A DNA stretch of 64,000 bases from Gammaproteobacteria bacterium (GCA_026706595.1 JAPOYL010000007.1:24265-88264), one strand, 5' to 3'; counted from the first letter of the stretch, positions 35,532 to 45,864 are shown. Notes: generated by a model not told the origin, from the sequence alone. Numbers and translations: made by a program.

Positions 35532-37574
35532 TCACCCGGTTTCGGCGCTCAATTCGTGCCAGCCCGGGTCTGGCCGGAAGCGGTCTCCAAACTGTTTTTG
35601 CAATGAACCCAGGGTAGCCAGCACCTCAGCAGCTCCCCTGGAGTCAATGTATTGCATCACCCCGCCTCGAAACGGGGCAAATCCTGTACCGAAAACGATG
35701 CCCGCATCAAGAGAGTCCCTGTCCTGGACAATCTCTTCGCGGAGGCATGCGACGGCTTCGTTGGCAATCCTCGACACCAGGCGGTTCTGGATGGACGCGG
35801 TGTGCTTGGTTGATGGCTTGCGAATCGAGGAAACCTTTTTCCCCTGTTTCCATTTATAAAAACCCTGCCCGGATTTTCTGCCCAGGTTGCCCGCCTCGAC
35901 CATGGACCTGAATGATTCCGGTATCCCGAACCCGTAGGCGAGATCCAGGCACTCTGCCACATGCAGGCCGATATCCAGGCCTACGGTATCGGCCAGTTCC
36001 AGGGGTCCCATCGGCATGCCAAACCGAACGGCAGCCTGGTCAATTTCGCCAGCAGGCATGCCGGCTTCTCTGAGCAGCACGGCTTCTACCATGTAGGGCG
36101 TTAGAATCCGGTTCACCAAAAAGCCGGGCGCACTCTTTACCGGTAAGGGCAGCTTGTCTATCTGCCGGGAAAAATCGATGGCATGCTGCAGTATTTCCTG
36201 ACGTGTCAGCACGCCATTGACGATTTCAATCAGCGGCATCCTCGCAACCGGGTTGAAAAAATGTATCCCGACCAGTCGGGCAGGTTCTGTCAATGCATCA
36301 CAGAGCTTTTCGATTTCTATGCTGGATGTATTGGTGGCCAGCAGTGCATCTTTTCTTATGTTCGGTTCAATCGAAGCCAGCAGGTCCTGCTTGGTGTTCC
36401 TGTCTTCAAATACCGCCTCAATCACCACGTCGGCCCTGCCGAGGCCGCTGCCCTGCATGTCCGGGATAAAGCGGTCCATGGCATTTCTGACCAGCAACCG
36501 GTGTTTCAACTGCCTCTTGAAGTATTGCCAGGCACGTTTTTTGGCTTGGGCCAGGCTTTCCATGCGGATATCCTGCAAGGTGACAGTCAATCCCTTGTAT
36601 GCACACCATGCAGCAATGTCAGCCCCCATCACGCCTGCACCGATCACATGCACGTGACGTGCAGTTGCCGGTTCACGGCTGGCCAGGCCCTTGAGCTTTT
36701 TTGACAGCATGAAGGTCCGTACTAGATTTTTCGCTGTGCTGGTTACACTCAGCTCGGCAACAGAACTCGCCTCGTACTGCAGCATCTTGTCTTCTTCCCC
36801 ATAATGCTCGGCCCAGTGATTGATCATCGCGTAAGGTGCAGGGTAATGCTCCGGTGATGCCTTTTTCGAAACCTGTCTGCGCATCTGGGCTGCCAGAACC
36901 AGTCGGGCAGGGCGGCTGTTGAGTATCTTCACAAGCTTGGGGGTCTGGTGCCCGGGCGGTCGGTCCAGCAGAAGCTTGCGCGCCGCGTTATTCATCTGAC
37001 GTGCAGGTACGACGTGGTCGACCAGGCCGATTCGTTTCGCGCGCCTGGCATCGATACTGCGGCCTGTCAGCATCAGGTCCATTGCCGTGAGGGGATTCAG
37101 ATGACGCAAGGCGCGTACAGTTCCCCCATACCCGGGATGAATCCCCAGTTTGATTTCCGGAAATGAAAAGCGCACAGTCGGGTCATCCAGTGCGATTCGG
37201 TAGTCGCAGCTCAGCGCGAGTTCCAGCCCGCCACCCAGGCAAAAGCCGTTGATGACTGCGACCGTGGGGCAGTACAGCTGGTCCAGTTGATCCATGATCG
37301 ATTGACCCATGTAGATTTTTTCCAGCGCCAGCTGCACTTTGGTGATCTCGGTAAACTCCTTGATATCTGCACCGGCGATAAATCCCCTGGGTTTGCCGGA
37401 AGTGATTGCAACACCGGCAGGCATGTGCTCCTCGAACCGGTCCAGGATTTGCCGGAATTCGTCGAGCACCGACAGGGACAGGATATTTGTACCGCTGTCG
37501 GCAACATCCAGTGTGAGCCAGGCCAGATCCTGATCGTCCTGGTCAAGCGTCCAGTGGGTGTATTGAATGGACAT
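35532..37574 (-). CDS. fadJ: fatty-acid oxidation complex alpha subunit (enoyl-CoA hydratase / 3-hydroxyacyl-CoA dehydrogenase), FadJ/FadB-like
   Basis: It has an N-terminal crotonase fold (GFIAGADIKEF) and a C-terminal NAD-binding HAD domain (VIGAGVMGADIA). It is about 680 aa from MSIQY and downstream of the thiolase gene, as in fadIJ. Confidence 0.85.
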   Translation of the reverse strand: MSIQYTHWTLDQDDQDLAWLTLDVADSGTNILSLSVLDEFRQILDRFEEHMPAGVAITSGKPRGFIAGADIKEFTEITKVQLALEKIYMGQSIMDQLDQLYCPTVAVINGFCLGGGLELALSCDYRIALDDPTVRFSFPEIKLGIHPGYGGTVRALRHLNPLTAMDLMLTGRSIDARRAKRIGLVDHVVPARQMNNAARKLLLDRPPGHQTPKLVKILNSRPARLVLAAQMRRQVSKKASPEHYPAPYAMINHWAEHYGEEDKMLQYEASSVAELSVTSTAKNLVRTFMLSKKLKGLASREPATARHVHVIGAGVMGADIAAWCAYKGLTVTLQDIRMESLAQAKKRAWQYFKRQLKHRLLVRNAMDRFIPDMQGSGLGRADVVIEAVFEDRNTKQDLLASIEPNIRKDALLATNTSSIEIEKLCDALTEPARLVGIHFFNPVARMPLIEIVNGVLTRQEILQHAIDFSRQIDKLPLPVKSAPGFLVNRILTPYMVEAVLLREAGMPAGEIDQAAVRFGMPMGPLELADTVGLDIGLHVAECLDLAYGFGIPESFRSMVEAGNLGRKSGQGFYKWKQGKKVSSIRKPSTKHTASIQNRLVSRIANEAVACLREEIVQDRDSLDAGIVFGTGFAPFRGGVMQYIDSRGAAEVLATLGSLQKQFGDRFRPDPGWHELSAETG

Positions 37575-37584
37575 GAGCTTCTTC

Positions 37585-38871
37585 TTACTGGAGATTTTCC
37601 ACGAGTACTGCGCCGCCCTGGCCACCACCGATGCAAAGGGTGGCAATCCCCAGCCTCGCCTGGTTTCGCTGCAGTACTGTTAAAAGATGATGCACAATCC
37701 TTGTGCCACTTGCTCCCACGGGGTGACCGATGCTGATCGCCCCTCCATCCACGTTGAGACACTCATGGGGAATCTCGCCCAGCGCCGTGTCCATGCCCAG
37801 TTCATTCCTGCAGTAGTCAGCGCTCTTGCACGCTTCCATGCAGGCGAGCACCTGTCCCGCAAAGGCTTCATTGAGTTCCCAGTAGTCAATGTCGGCAAAT
37901 TCGAGGTTCTGGCTCGACAACACTGTGGCCATGGCATGGACAGGACCCAGTCCCATTTGCGCAGGGTCCAGGGCTGCCCAGCCGGTGGCAATGATCCTGC
38001 CCATGGGTGAAAGCTCGTATTGCTTGACTGCCGTCTCACTGGCAAGCAGCACCCAGGCAGCCCCGTCGGTGATCTGGGCACTGTTGCCTGCCGTAACACT
38101 TCCAAATTTTCTATCGAATACGGGGGCCAGCTTTGCCAGTTTTTCCACGCTCGAATCTGGTCTCACGCCGTTGTCATGGTCGTAGAATTTGCCTTCGTGA
38201 TCGTAGATGGTCACCACTTCATCGAGGTGACCGTTTTCCTGGGCATGCAGCAGGCGCTGATGACTTTGCACGGCGTAATGGTCCATCCGGGTTCTCGGGA
38301 TGCTGAACCTGTGGACCAGGTTCTCCGCGGTCTGTCCCATGGACAGGCCGACGACCGGATCGTTGAGGCCCTTTTTGAGGCCGATGACCGGCACAAAAAA
38401 CCCGGGCCTGAGCCTGGCCAGGGTCCGAATCTTTTGCCAGGGAGACTTGGAACGGCTCAGGTCTCCCAGCCAGTTCACCATGTGACGGTTGTACAGTACC
38501 GGTGTATGGCTCATGGACTCCGTGCCTCCGGCGAGTACCAGTTCCGACTTTCCAAGCAGCAGGCTCGTGCAGGCAGAGTCAATGGCCTGCATTCCGGATG
38601 CGCAATTGCGCTGCACGGTCCAGGCAGGCATCCGGTGTCCGCAACCCAGGCGCAGCGCAATCACGCGTGCGATATTGGCTTCGTCCGCCGCGGGCGATAC
38701 GCTGCCCACGATCACTTCATCCAGCGCATCCGGCGCAAAGGGCTGGCGCATCAGCAGCGGCTGGGCAGAGAGTACGGCGAGGTCAGACGCCTGGAAGGGG
38801 CCGGGCCGCCCCTGCGCCTTGATAAACGGTGAGCGGCCTCCGTCGATGATATAGATTGCCGGCTGGGTCAT
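37585..38871 (-). CDS. fadI: 3-ketoacyl-CoA thiolase (FadI/FadA-like)
   Basis: It is 428 aa with thiolase signatures, the active-site Cys region NCASGMQAI and the C-terminal CIGGGQGGAVLVE. Confidence 0.85.
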   Translation of the reverse strand: MTQPAIYIIDGGRSPFIKAQGRPGPFQASDLAVLSAQPLLMRQPFAPDALDEVIVGSVSPAADEANIARVIALRLGCGHRMPAWTVQRNCASGMQAIDSACTSLLLGKSELVLAGGTESMSHTPVLYNRHMVNWLGDLSRSKSPWQKIRTLARLRPGFFVPVIGLKKGLNDPVVGLSMGQTAENLVHRFSIPRTRMDHYAVQSHQRLLHAQENGHLDEVVTIYDHEGKFYDHDNGVRPDSSVEKLAKLAPVFDRKFGSVTAGNSAQITDGAAWVLLASETAVKQYELSPMGRIIATGWAALDPAQMGLGPVHAMATVLSSQNLEFADIDYWELNEAFAGQVLACMEACKSADYCRNELGMDTALGEIPHECLNVDGGAISIGHPVGASGTRIVHHLLTVLQRNQARLGIATLCIGGGQGGAVLVENLQ

Positions 38872-38915
38872 GCGGCACGAGCCTCGGGGTTATGTAGGAG
38901 CCAAATCGATTATAC

Positions 38916-40043
38916 CTATTCACAGACCAGCCTGAGTGCATGGTCGAGGTCTTCCCTGGAGGTATAAAAGTGGGGTGAAAACCGGATGCCCTGGCAACGG
39001 TGAGCGCACAGCACACCGGAGCGGAGCAGGGACCTGAACAGGGCCTGGTTGTCAGTGCCAGGGCGGCGTACCGTGAGAATACCCGATCGCCGGCCAGGGT
39101 CCATCCGACTGACAATGTCGAGTCTGTTTTCTACAGATATTTCATGCAGATAAGATATATTCGAAGATATCATATCATGTATGTCCTTGATCCCGATCTC
39201 GAGCAGCATATGCAGGCTTTCATGCAGGGCATGGATGCCCGCATGGTTCAGGGTCCCGCACTCGAAACGCGTGGCGTCTTTCGCGAGCGCCCAGTGCTGG
39301 GACTCGAAATCACCCGGATTTTCCAGCATGTGCCAGCCAAACTGGTTGAGAAGCAAGAGGTCGCGCTTTTCGGGGTTACAGTAGAACAGGCCAATGCCTT
39401 CCGGGCCGAGCAGCCACTTGTGGCCATCCGCGATGACAAAGTCCGCCGGGGTCTCGGTCAGGTCGAAGGGAATGGCTCCCAGCATCTGGATGGCATCGAT
39501 GCAGAACAGGATTCCCCGGGCCTGGCAGAATTCGCTGATTCTCGCAAGGTCCATGCGCAGGCCATCGTCATACTGAACCGCGCTGACCGAGATGAGCCGC
39601 GTATTCCTGTCCACCTGGCCGAACAGGGCATCCTCCGGGGTTGGGGCCTCGTGCAGATCGACGCATCTTGCCTCGACCCCGAAGCGCGGTTGCAGGGATT
39701 GCCAGAGGATCCGGTTGGACGGGAACTCCTGTCTTGCGAACACGACGTTGTCCTGTGCTTTCCAGGGAATCCCGTACGCCACCATGGAGAGGCCTTCGGA
39801 TGTGTTTTTGACCAGTGCAATGTCACTGGCGTTTTCAGCGTGAATCAGCCTCTGGCAGGCAGAGCGCAATTCGGACTCTTTCTGTTTCCATTGCAGGACT
39901 TTTTCGGTACTGTGACGGGTGTTTTCGGTGGCAAACGCCGTGACTGCCCTTGCAGTACGCGCGGGCCAGGGTGCGACGCCGGCATGGTTCAGATGCACAA
40001 GACCGGCCCGGTGCGGGAATTCATGTGCCCAGTCGCGACGCAT
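38916..40043 (-). CDS. aminotransferase class V-fold PLP-dependent enzyme
   Basis: It has the LNHAGVAPWP N-terminus and the ADGHKWLLGPEGIG PLP-lysine region typical of class V (cysteine desulfurase / epimerase-like) enzymes. Its specificity is unknown. Confidence 0.7.
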   Translation of the reverse strand: MRRDWAHEFPHRAGLVHLNHAGVAPWPARTARAVTAFATENTRHSTEKVLQWKQKESELRSACQRLIHAENASDIALVKNTSEGLSMVAYGIPWKAQDNVVFARQEFPSNRILWQSLQPRFGVEARCVDLHEAPTPEDALFGQVDRNTRLISVSAVQYDDGLRMDLARISEFCQARGILFCIDAIQMLGAIPFDLTETPADFVIADGHKWLLGPEGIGLFYCNPEKRDLLLLNQFGWHMLENPGDFESQHWALAKDATRFECGTLNHAGIHALHESLHMLLEIGIKDIHDMISSNISYLHEISVENRLDIVSRMDPGRRSGILTVRRPGTDNQALFRSLLRSGVLCAHRCQGIRFSPHFYTSREDLDHALRLVCE

Positions 40044-40085
40044 GCAGTAGAGTAGCATGAATTGGAAGACAAGCTAAAAGCAGCC

Positions 40086-41456
40086 ATGACCGCAGAAACA
40101 TCGGAACTGGGGCAAAGGGATCTTGCCACGGTATGGCATCCATGCACGCAGATGAAGGACCACGAGTCCTTGCCCGTGTTGCTGGTCAAAAAGGCCAAGG
40201 GCGTGTGGCTGGAAGATTTCGAAGGCAACCGCTATCTCGATGCTATCAGCTCGTGGTGGGTGAATATCTTCGGGCACTGCAACGAGAAAATCAGCCAGGC
40301 GGTCCGCCGGCAACTGGAGCAGCTGGACCATGTGTTGCTTGCAGGCTGCTCTCACGAACCCGTCATTCAGTTGTCCGAACAGCTTGTCAAAATTACACCG
40401 CCTCCACTGACCCGGTGTTTCTACGCGGACAACGGGTCTTCGGCCATCGAAGTGGCCATCAAGATGAGTTTTCACTACTGGAGAAACCGGGGCCAGGCGC
40501 GCAAGGCCCGGTTTGTCAACCTCAGCAACTCGTACCATGGCGAAACCATGGGTGCGCTCTCCATGGGCGATGTCGCGCTGTTCAAGGAGGTCTACCAGCC
40601 GCTGCTGCTCGATACCATCACCGTGCCGAGTCCGGACAGTTTTTACAGCGAGCCCGGCGAGACGGCACAGGATTGTGCACGGCGCATGTTTTCGCACATG
40701 GAGGCCGTCCTGCAAAAACACCATGAGGAGGTGTGCGCCGTCATTGTCGAGCCGCTCGTTCAATGTGCCGGCGGCATGCGGATGTATGCACCGGAGTACC
40801 TGAGCCTGCTGCGCGAGGCCTGCGACCGCTACGGCGTACACCTGATTGCCGATGAGATTGCCGTGGGATTCGGTCGTACGGGCACCATGTTTGCCTGTGA
40901 GCAGGCCGGCATTGCTCCGGATTTCATGTGCCTGTCCAAGGCATTGACCGGCGGGTACCTGCCGATGTCGGCGGTGCTGACCACAGAGGGGGTCTACGAG
41001 GCCTTCTACGATGAATATGAAAACATGAACGCATTCATGCACTCCCACAGCTACACGGGCAGCGCACTCGGCTGTGCCGCGGCACTGGCCACACTGGAGA
41101 TCTTCGAGGAAGAAAATGTGATCGACGCCAACCGGAAACTGAGCCAGGAACTTGCCAAGCAGTGCGCACGGTTCAACGATCACCCGAACGTCGTGGATGT
41201 CCGCCAGTGCGGCATGATCGTGGCGATTGAGCTGGCCAAGGACAAGGCGACCCGCGAACCTTTTCCCTGGCAGCAAAGACGTGGCCTGCAGGTATATCGA
41301 TACGGCCTGCAACACGGAGTCCTGCTCAGGCCTTTGGCCAATGTGGTCTACTTCATGCCGCCGTATGTCATCACGACAGAAGAAATCCGGATGCTGGTGG
41401 ATGTGGCCGAGCGCGGTATCGAGTTTGCCGTGAGAGGCGAAGGGCAGGGAAGATGA
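40086..41456 (+). CDS. bioA: adenosylmethionine-8-amino-7-oxononanoate aminotransferase
   Basis: It aligns with E. coli BioA from MTAETSELGQRDLATVWHPCTQM and carries SWWVNIFGH, the ADEIAVGFGRTG PLP site, and the YFMPPYVI tail. Confidence 0.85.
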   Translation: MTAETSELGQRDLATVWHPCTQMKDHESLPVLLVKKAKGVWLEDFEGNRYLDAISSWWVNIFGHCNEKISQAVRRQLEQLDHVLLAGCSHEPVIQLSEQLVKITPPPLTRCFYADNGSSAIEVAIKMSFHYWRNRGQARKARFVNLSNSYHGETMGALSMGDVALFKEVYQPLLLDTITVPSPDSFYSEPGETAQDCARRMFSHMEAVLQKHHEEVCAVIVEPLVQCAGGMRMYAPEYLSLLREACDRYGVHLIADEIAVGFGRTGTMFACEQAGIAPDFMCLSKALTGGYLPMSAVLTTEGVYEAFYDEYENMNAFMHSHSYTGSALGCAAALATLEIFEEENVIDANRKLSQELAKQCARFNDHPNVVDVRQCGMIVAIELAKDKATREPFPWQQRRGLQVYRYGLQHGVLLRPLANVVYFMPPYVITTEEIRMLVDVAERGIEFAVRGEGQGR

Positions 41457-41529
41457 GCGCCTCGAACCTTCAATACGTGCCTGTTCCCTGTACAATGCGC
41501 GCTTAACATTACCTCATGTACTGCACACA

Positions 41530-42459
41530 ATGCCCATGAAAAAACTTGTCTGCCTGAGTTCCCTGTTCCTTGCACTGGCGCTTCCCGCACACGCCGAGCG
41601 CTATCCGCTTCCTTCGGACACCAGCCCGGTCATCGGTCAGCTGACAATCACCACTACGCATCACGATGACACTTTTCTCAAGCTCGCGAAACAGTTTGGC
41701 GTGGGCTATGAAGAGATGATCCTTGCCAACCCGACAGTGGATCCCTGGCTTCCGGGTGAGGGTACGCAGGTGGTGGTACCGACACAGTACATCTTGCCGG
41801 ACAGCGAGCGTGAGGGCATCGTGCTCAACCTTGCCGAGATGCGCTTGTACTACTACCCGAAAAGCCCTGAAGGCACCCCGCAATACGTGCATACCTACCC
41901 AATCAGTATCGGTCGGCAAGGCTGGGATACCCCTGTGGGGCTTACGCGGATTATCAGGAAAAAGAAAGATCCTACCTGGTATCCCCCGGAATCCATCCGC
42001 GAGGAATACAAGCGAAAGGGCAAACCGCTGGAGAGTGTCGTTCCGCCGGGGCCCGATAACCCGCTGGGCAAGTTTGCCCTGTACATGGCCCTGCCCAGCT
42101 ACGTCATCCATGGCACCAATGAACCGAGAGGGATCGGCATGCGGGTGACCCACGGCTGCATACGGCTGCGCCCCGACGACATCAAGGACCTGTTTTACCG
42201 GATATCCCCAGATACACCGGTGACCATCGTCAACCAACCCTACAAAGTGGCCTGGCACCGCAACAGGCTGTACGCGGAAATGCATCCTGGAACAGAGGAG
42301 AGTAGCAAGCCGGGTTCGAATCTGACCCAGCTTGTGCGCACCATCACAGGTGCAGCGGATACCGGTAACGGCTACCGAGTGGACTGGGGGCTGGCCATGC
42401 GACTGGCCAAGGGGAAAACAGGGTTACCCACCGTTGTCGGCTTCATGCAGCCGCAGTAA
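41530..42459 (+). CDS. L,D-transpeptidase (YkuD/ErfK/YbiS family) with signal peptide
   Basis: It has a signal peptide MKKLVCLSSLFLALALPAHA and a catalytic HGCIRL motif with conserved surroundings (YVIHGTNEP, GMRVTHGCIRLRPDD). Confidence 0.8.
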   Translation: MPMKKLVCLSSLFLALALPAHAERYPLPSDTSPVIGQLTITTTHHDDTFLKLAKQFGVGYEEMILANPTVDPWLPGEGTQVVVPTQYILPDSEREGIVLNLAEMRLYYYPKSPEGTPQYVHTYPISIGRQGWDTPVGLTRIIRKKKDPTWYPPESIREEYKRKGKPLESVVPPGPDNPLGKFALYMALPSYVIHGTNEPRGIGMRVTHGCIRLRPDDIKDLFYRISPDTPVTIVNQPYKVAWHRNRLYAEMHPGTEESSKPGSNLTQLVRTITGAADTGNGYRVDWGLAMRLAKGKTGLPTVVGFMQPQ

Positions 42460-42495
42460 CGGAGATTATTTTTGAAAATCGAAAAGGCAGAAAGC

Positions 42496-42523
42496 AGGAA
42501 GGGCCCGCTGGCGGGCCCTTCCT
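42496..42523. terminator. bidirectional intrinsic terminator (13-bp perfect GC-rich stem aggaagggcccgc/gcgggcccttcct)
   Basis: A perfect inverted repeat seen directly in the sequence lies between the convergent L,D-transpeptidase and lpp-like genes. It is flanked by T/A-rich sequence on both sides. Confidence 0.6.
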
Positions 42524-42548
42524 CGGTAAGTCACGATAAAGCGATAGT

Positions 42549-42785
42549 CTATTTCGACTTCATCATGGAGTCATGAAACATGCGATCCATGCGCTCAGTG
42601 TTTGCCTCACAGCAGGCCTTGGCCGCGGCTGCATCTTGTGCTGCAGATTTGGCAGTGTGCAGCGCCTCTTCAGCCATGGCACGCACCTCTGCGAGTTCCT
42701 CAGCGGACGGTGAGGACTGACACCCTGCGGTGACGCCGACCGCTAAAGCAAAGACTGCAGAATAAAGAAGTTTCTTGGCTAGCAT
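42549..42785 (-). CDS. lpp: Braun-lipoprotein-like small lipoprotein (Lpp-like)
   Basis: It is 79 aa from MLAKKLLYSAVFALAVGVTAGC, which has a lipobox Cys. The remainder is an Ala-rich heptad-repeat helix ending in a C-terminal Lys (…MMKSK). The ORF-track start at 42983 looks over-extended. Confidence 0.6.
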   Translation of the reverse strand: MLAKKLLYSAVFALAVGVTAGCQSSPSAEELAEVRAMAEEALHTAKSAAQDAAAAKACCEANTERMDRMFHDSMMKSK

Positions 42786-43105
42786 ATTCTTGACTCCGAA
42801 TAATTTAAAATGAGTTAGTGTGATTCGTAAATTGACGTATGCCTCAGCACATCGCATCTCCCATTCTGCGACCCGGAATGCCTCCAGCATTCCTGCTGCG
42901 CCAGCACGAACCACGGTATTGTAAGAAAAAACGTTACATTTACCAAGTACATTGTGGGCTCCGGATGACAGGCACAGTTGCATATGGATTCCAAGGCTTC
43001 CGGTACATTGTTCATGACAAACCCTGATCCTGCTGATGAGTCTGTTGATGCCGACAAGTAGAAGCTTGACAACAATCCGGGACCTGACCGGGAGGCACCG
43101 GGCTT

Positions 43106-44152
43106 TTGCTTGACATGGAAACTTCGTCCAGACCGGTCGGCTTGCCGACCCTGATTACCCTTGCGGCATTTGTAGTGGTTGTCGCCGGCATACGGGCTGC
43201 CGAGGCCGTGGTTGTCCCCTTTCTGCTGTCCGTATTCATCGCGATCATCAGCGCGCCGGTACTGCTGTGGCTGGAAAAAAACCGCGTACCGCGCTGGCTG
43301 GCCATGCTTGCCGTGCTGGGTGCCATCATCACGATCGCTGTGCTGTTGTCTGTTCTGATCGGCTCCTCGGTCAAAAGTTTTTCGCAAGACCTGCCTCACT
43401 ACCAGCAGCGACTTTCCGGACAGATCGAGCAGTTCAATACCTGGATGAGCCAGCACGGCAGTCATTTGTCTATGGACACGGTGACCGGTTACCTGAACCC
43501 GGGTGCCGCCATGCAGTTGGTCGCGGATATTTTAAACGGCCTGGGTTCCGTATTCGGGAACATGTTCCTCATCATCCTGACCGTGGTGTTCATCCTGTTC
43601 GAAGCTTCTTCCATGCCCCGTAAGCTGCAGGCAGGGCTGCCGAATGCGGACAAGTCGCTGCGTGTGTTCTCGGAGATTGCGAACAATGTCAATCGCTATC
43701 TGGCCATCAAGACCCTTACCAGTGTGTTCACGGGTGTTGCAGTCGCGACTGCACTGGCCCTGATCGGTGTGGATTACCCGCTGCTTTGGGGGGTGATTGC
43801 ATTCTTGTTCAATTACATCCCGACTATTGGCTCTGTCATTGCTGCCGTGCCCGCCATCCTGCTGGCACTCATCCAGCTCGGCACGGGGGCCGCCATGCTG
43901 TCTGCTGCAGTCTACGTGGTCATCAATGTCCTGATCAGCAATGCCATAGAACCCAAGCTGATGGGGCGGCAGGTCGGCTTGTCCACCCTGGTCGTGTTCT
44001 TGTCTCTGGTCTTCTGGGGCTGGGTGTTCGGGCCGGTCGGCATGTTCTTGTCCGTGCCCTTGACGGTGACGGCAAAGCTCGCCCTGGAAAGCGGGCCGCG
44101 GACACGCTGGATTGCCGTGTTGCTTGGCAGCAATGCTGAGTTTCAAAAATGA
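43106..44152 (+). CDS. AI-2E family transporter (PerM/YhhT-like, UPF0118)
   Basis: It is a polytopic membrane protein with a hydrophobic profile and a conserved C-terminal region typical of AI-2E. ATG 43115 is an alternative start. Confidence 0.75.
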   Translation: MLDMETSSRPVGLPTLITLAAFVVVVAGIRAAEAVVVPFLLSVFIAIISAPVLLWLEKNRVPRWLAMLAVLGAIITIAVLLSVLIGSSVKSFSQDLPHYQQRLSGQIEQFNTWMSQHGSHLSMDTVTGYLNPGAAMQLVADILNGLGSVFGNMFLIILTVVFILFEASSMPRKLQAGLPNADKSLRVFSEIANNVNRYLAIKTLTSVFTGVAVATALALIGVDYPLLWGVIAFLFNYIPTIGSVIAAVPAILLALIQLGTGAAMLSAAVYVVINVLISNAIEPKLMGRQVGLSTLVVFLSLVFWGWVFGPVGMFLSVPLTVTAKLALESGPRTRWIAVLLGSNAEFQK

Positions 44153-45056
44153 GGAGGATTCTGCCTTGAGCAACAGCAATGAACTATTTCATGCAATCGA
44201 CTCCCCGTACCTGGCTGCTGTGGATGGAAGCTTTGCCGTAGCCCTGGCCCCGACCGCCCCGCCTTCGGATGCACAGAGCCCCAAGGACTATAAGAGGGAG
44301 CTGAACAGGACCATCAAGGAGTTGCAGGCCCTGCAGTCTGTGCTGTATGCCAGCGGCGCAAATGCCGTGCTTTTGATTTTCCAGGCCATGGATGCCGCAG
44401 GCAAGGATTCCACCATTCGCGCTGTCATGACCGGCATCAACCCGGCAGGCTGCAAGGTGTACTCATTCAAACAACCCTCGGACAGGGAACTTGCCCATGA
44501 TTTTCTGTGGCGCACGTACGCGTGCATGCCGGAAAAAGGGCGTATTGGAATTTTCAACCGCAGCTATTACGAGGAAGTCCTGGTGGTCCGCGTTCACCCG
44601 GAAATGCTTGCCAGCCAGAATCTGCCACGTCATACCAGCCTGAAAACCATATGGCAGGAGCGGTATGAGTCGATCTGCGATGTGGAGCGGCATCTGGCCA
44701 GGAACGGTACCGTGATTCTGAAATTCTGGCTGAACGTGTCCCAGGAAGAGCAAAAGAGAAGGTTCCTGCGCAGGATCAAGAAAAAGGAAAAGCACTGGAA
44801 ATGGTCGCCTTCGGATTTGCATGAACGGGAATACTGGGATGACTACATGGCGGCTTACGAGCACATGATCCGGATGACGTCCAGATCCTGGGCACCGTGG
44901 TACACGATTCCTGCCGACAACAAGCCTTTCATGCATTACAGCGTGGCCAACATCATCAAGGAGTCCCTGCAGAGTCTCGAGTTGAAATACCCCAGCCCGG
45001 ATGCCGACGCGCACCAGCACCTTGCGCATGCACGCAAGCAGTTGCTGGAAGACTGA
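44133..45056 (+). CDS. ppk2: polyphosphate kinase 2 (one-domain PPK2)
   Basis: It has the Walker A-like AMDAAGKD, a FNRSYYE motif, and a lid region, and is about 300 aa. The start may instead be TTG 44166, which is preceded by GAGGAGG. Confidence 0.8.
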   Translation: MLSFKNEEDSALSNSNELFHAIDSPYLAAVDGSFAVALAPTAPPSDAQSPKDYKRELNRTIKELQALQSVLYASGANAVLLIFQAMDAAGKDSTIRAVMTGINPAGCKVYSFKQPSDRELAHDFLWRTYACMPEKGRIGIFNRSYYEEVLVVRVHPEMLASQNLPRHTSLKTIWQERYESICDVERHLARNGTVILKFWLNVSQEEQKRRFLRRIKKKEKHWKWSPSDLHEREYWDDYMAAYEHMIRMTSRSWAPWYTIPADNKPFMHYSVANIIKESLQSLELKYPSPDADAHQHLAHARKQLLED

Positions 45057-45059
45057 CTT

Positions 45060-45410
<351 letters not shown>

Positions 45411-45453
45411 TTAGCAGATAAGCCGAGGGTCCGTAATGAGCCCTGGAACGGGT

Positions 45454-45864
45454 TCAGGGTGCTATGACAAGTGGGGGCTTCTGTGCCTTGGCCCGGATCC
45501 AGTTGAGCGAATTCAAAACTTTTGGCTTGGAGACCAGCGCACGCTCAAGTTTGTATTTCCCTGGGAAATTCATCAGAAACAGGCCGATGACTATGGTGAG
45601 GATGCCTTGGCCGGGCAACACCAGCATCACCAGCCCCAGCAGGATCAAAAGAAAGCCGAACAGGTTCTTCAGTCCAAGGAGCAGCTGGATGGGTACGGAC
45701 TTCCCGCCGGAAGTCTTTGACCTGCGATACTCTGCACGGAAGTAATCGGCAGGAATTTTCGTCACCAGCCAGGGAATGACTGCGAGACTCACAACGAACA
45801 GCGTCAGGGAACCCCAGGCCAGTGCGACAAATATAAATTTGAATTCGAGCAAGGATTCCAGCAT
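45454..45864 (-). CDS. small integral membrane protein (PGPGW-like)
   Basis: It is 136 aa with 3-4 predicted TM helices. VLPGQGILTIVIGL resembles the PGPGW transmembrane motif. The family call is tentative. Confidence 0.5.
   Translation of the reverse strand: MLESLLEFKFIFVALAWGSLTLFVVSLAVIPWLVTKIPADYFRAEYRRSKTSGGKSVPIQLLLGLKNLFGFLLILLGLVMLVLPGQGILTIVIGLFLMNFPGKYKLERALVSKPKVLNSLNWIRAKAQKPPLVIAP

Noticed and set aside
40074-41495. 473-aa ORF on the minus strand spanning all of bioA
   Set aside because: The plus-strand product has unambiguous BioA motifs. Long stop-free antisense frames are expected in GC-rich coding DNA, and I see no recognisable motifs in the antisense translation.
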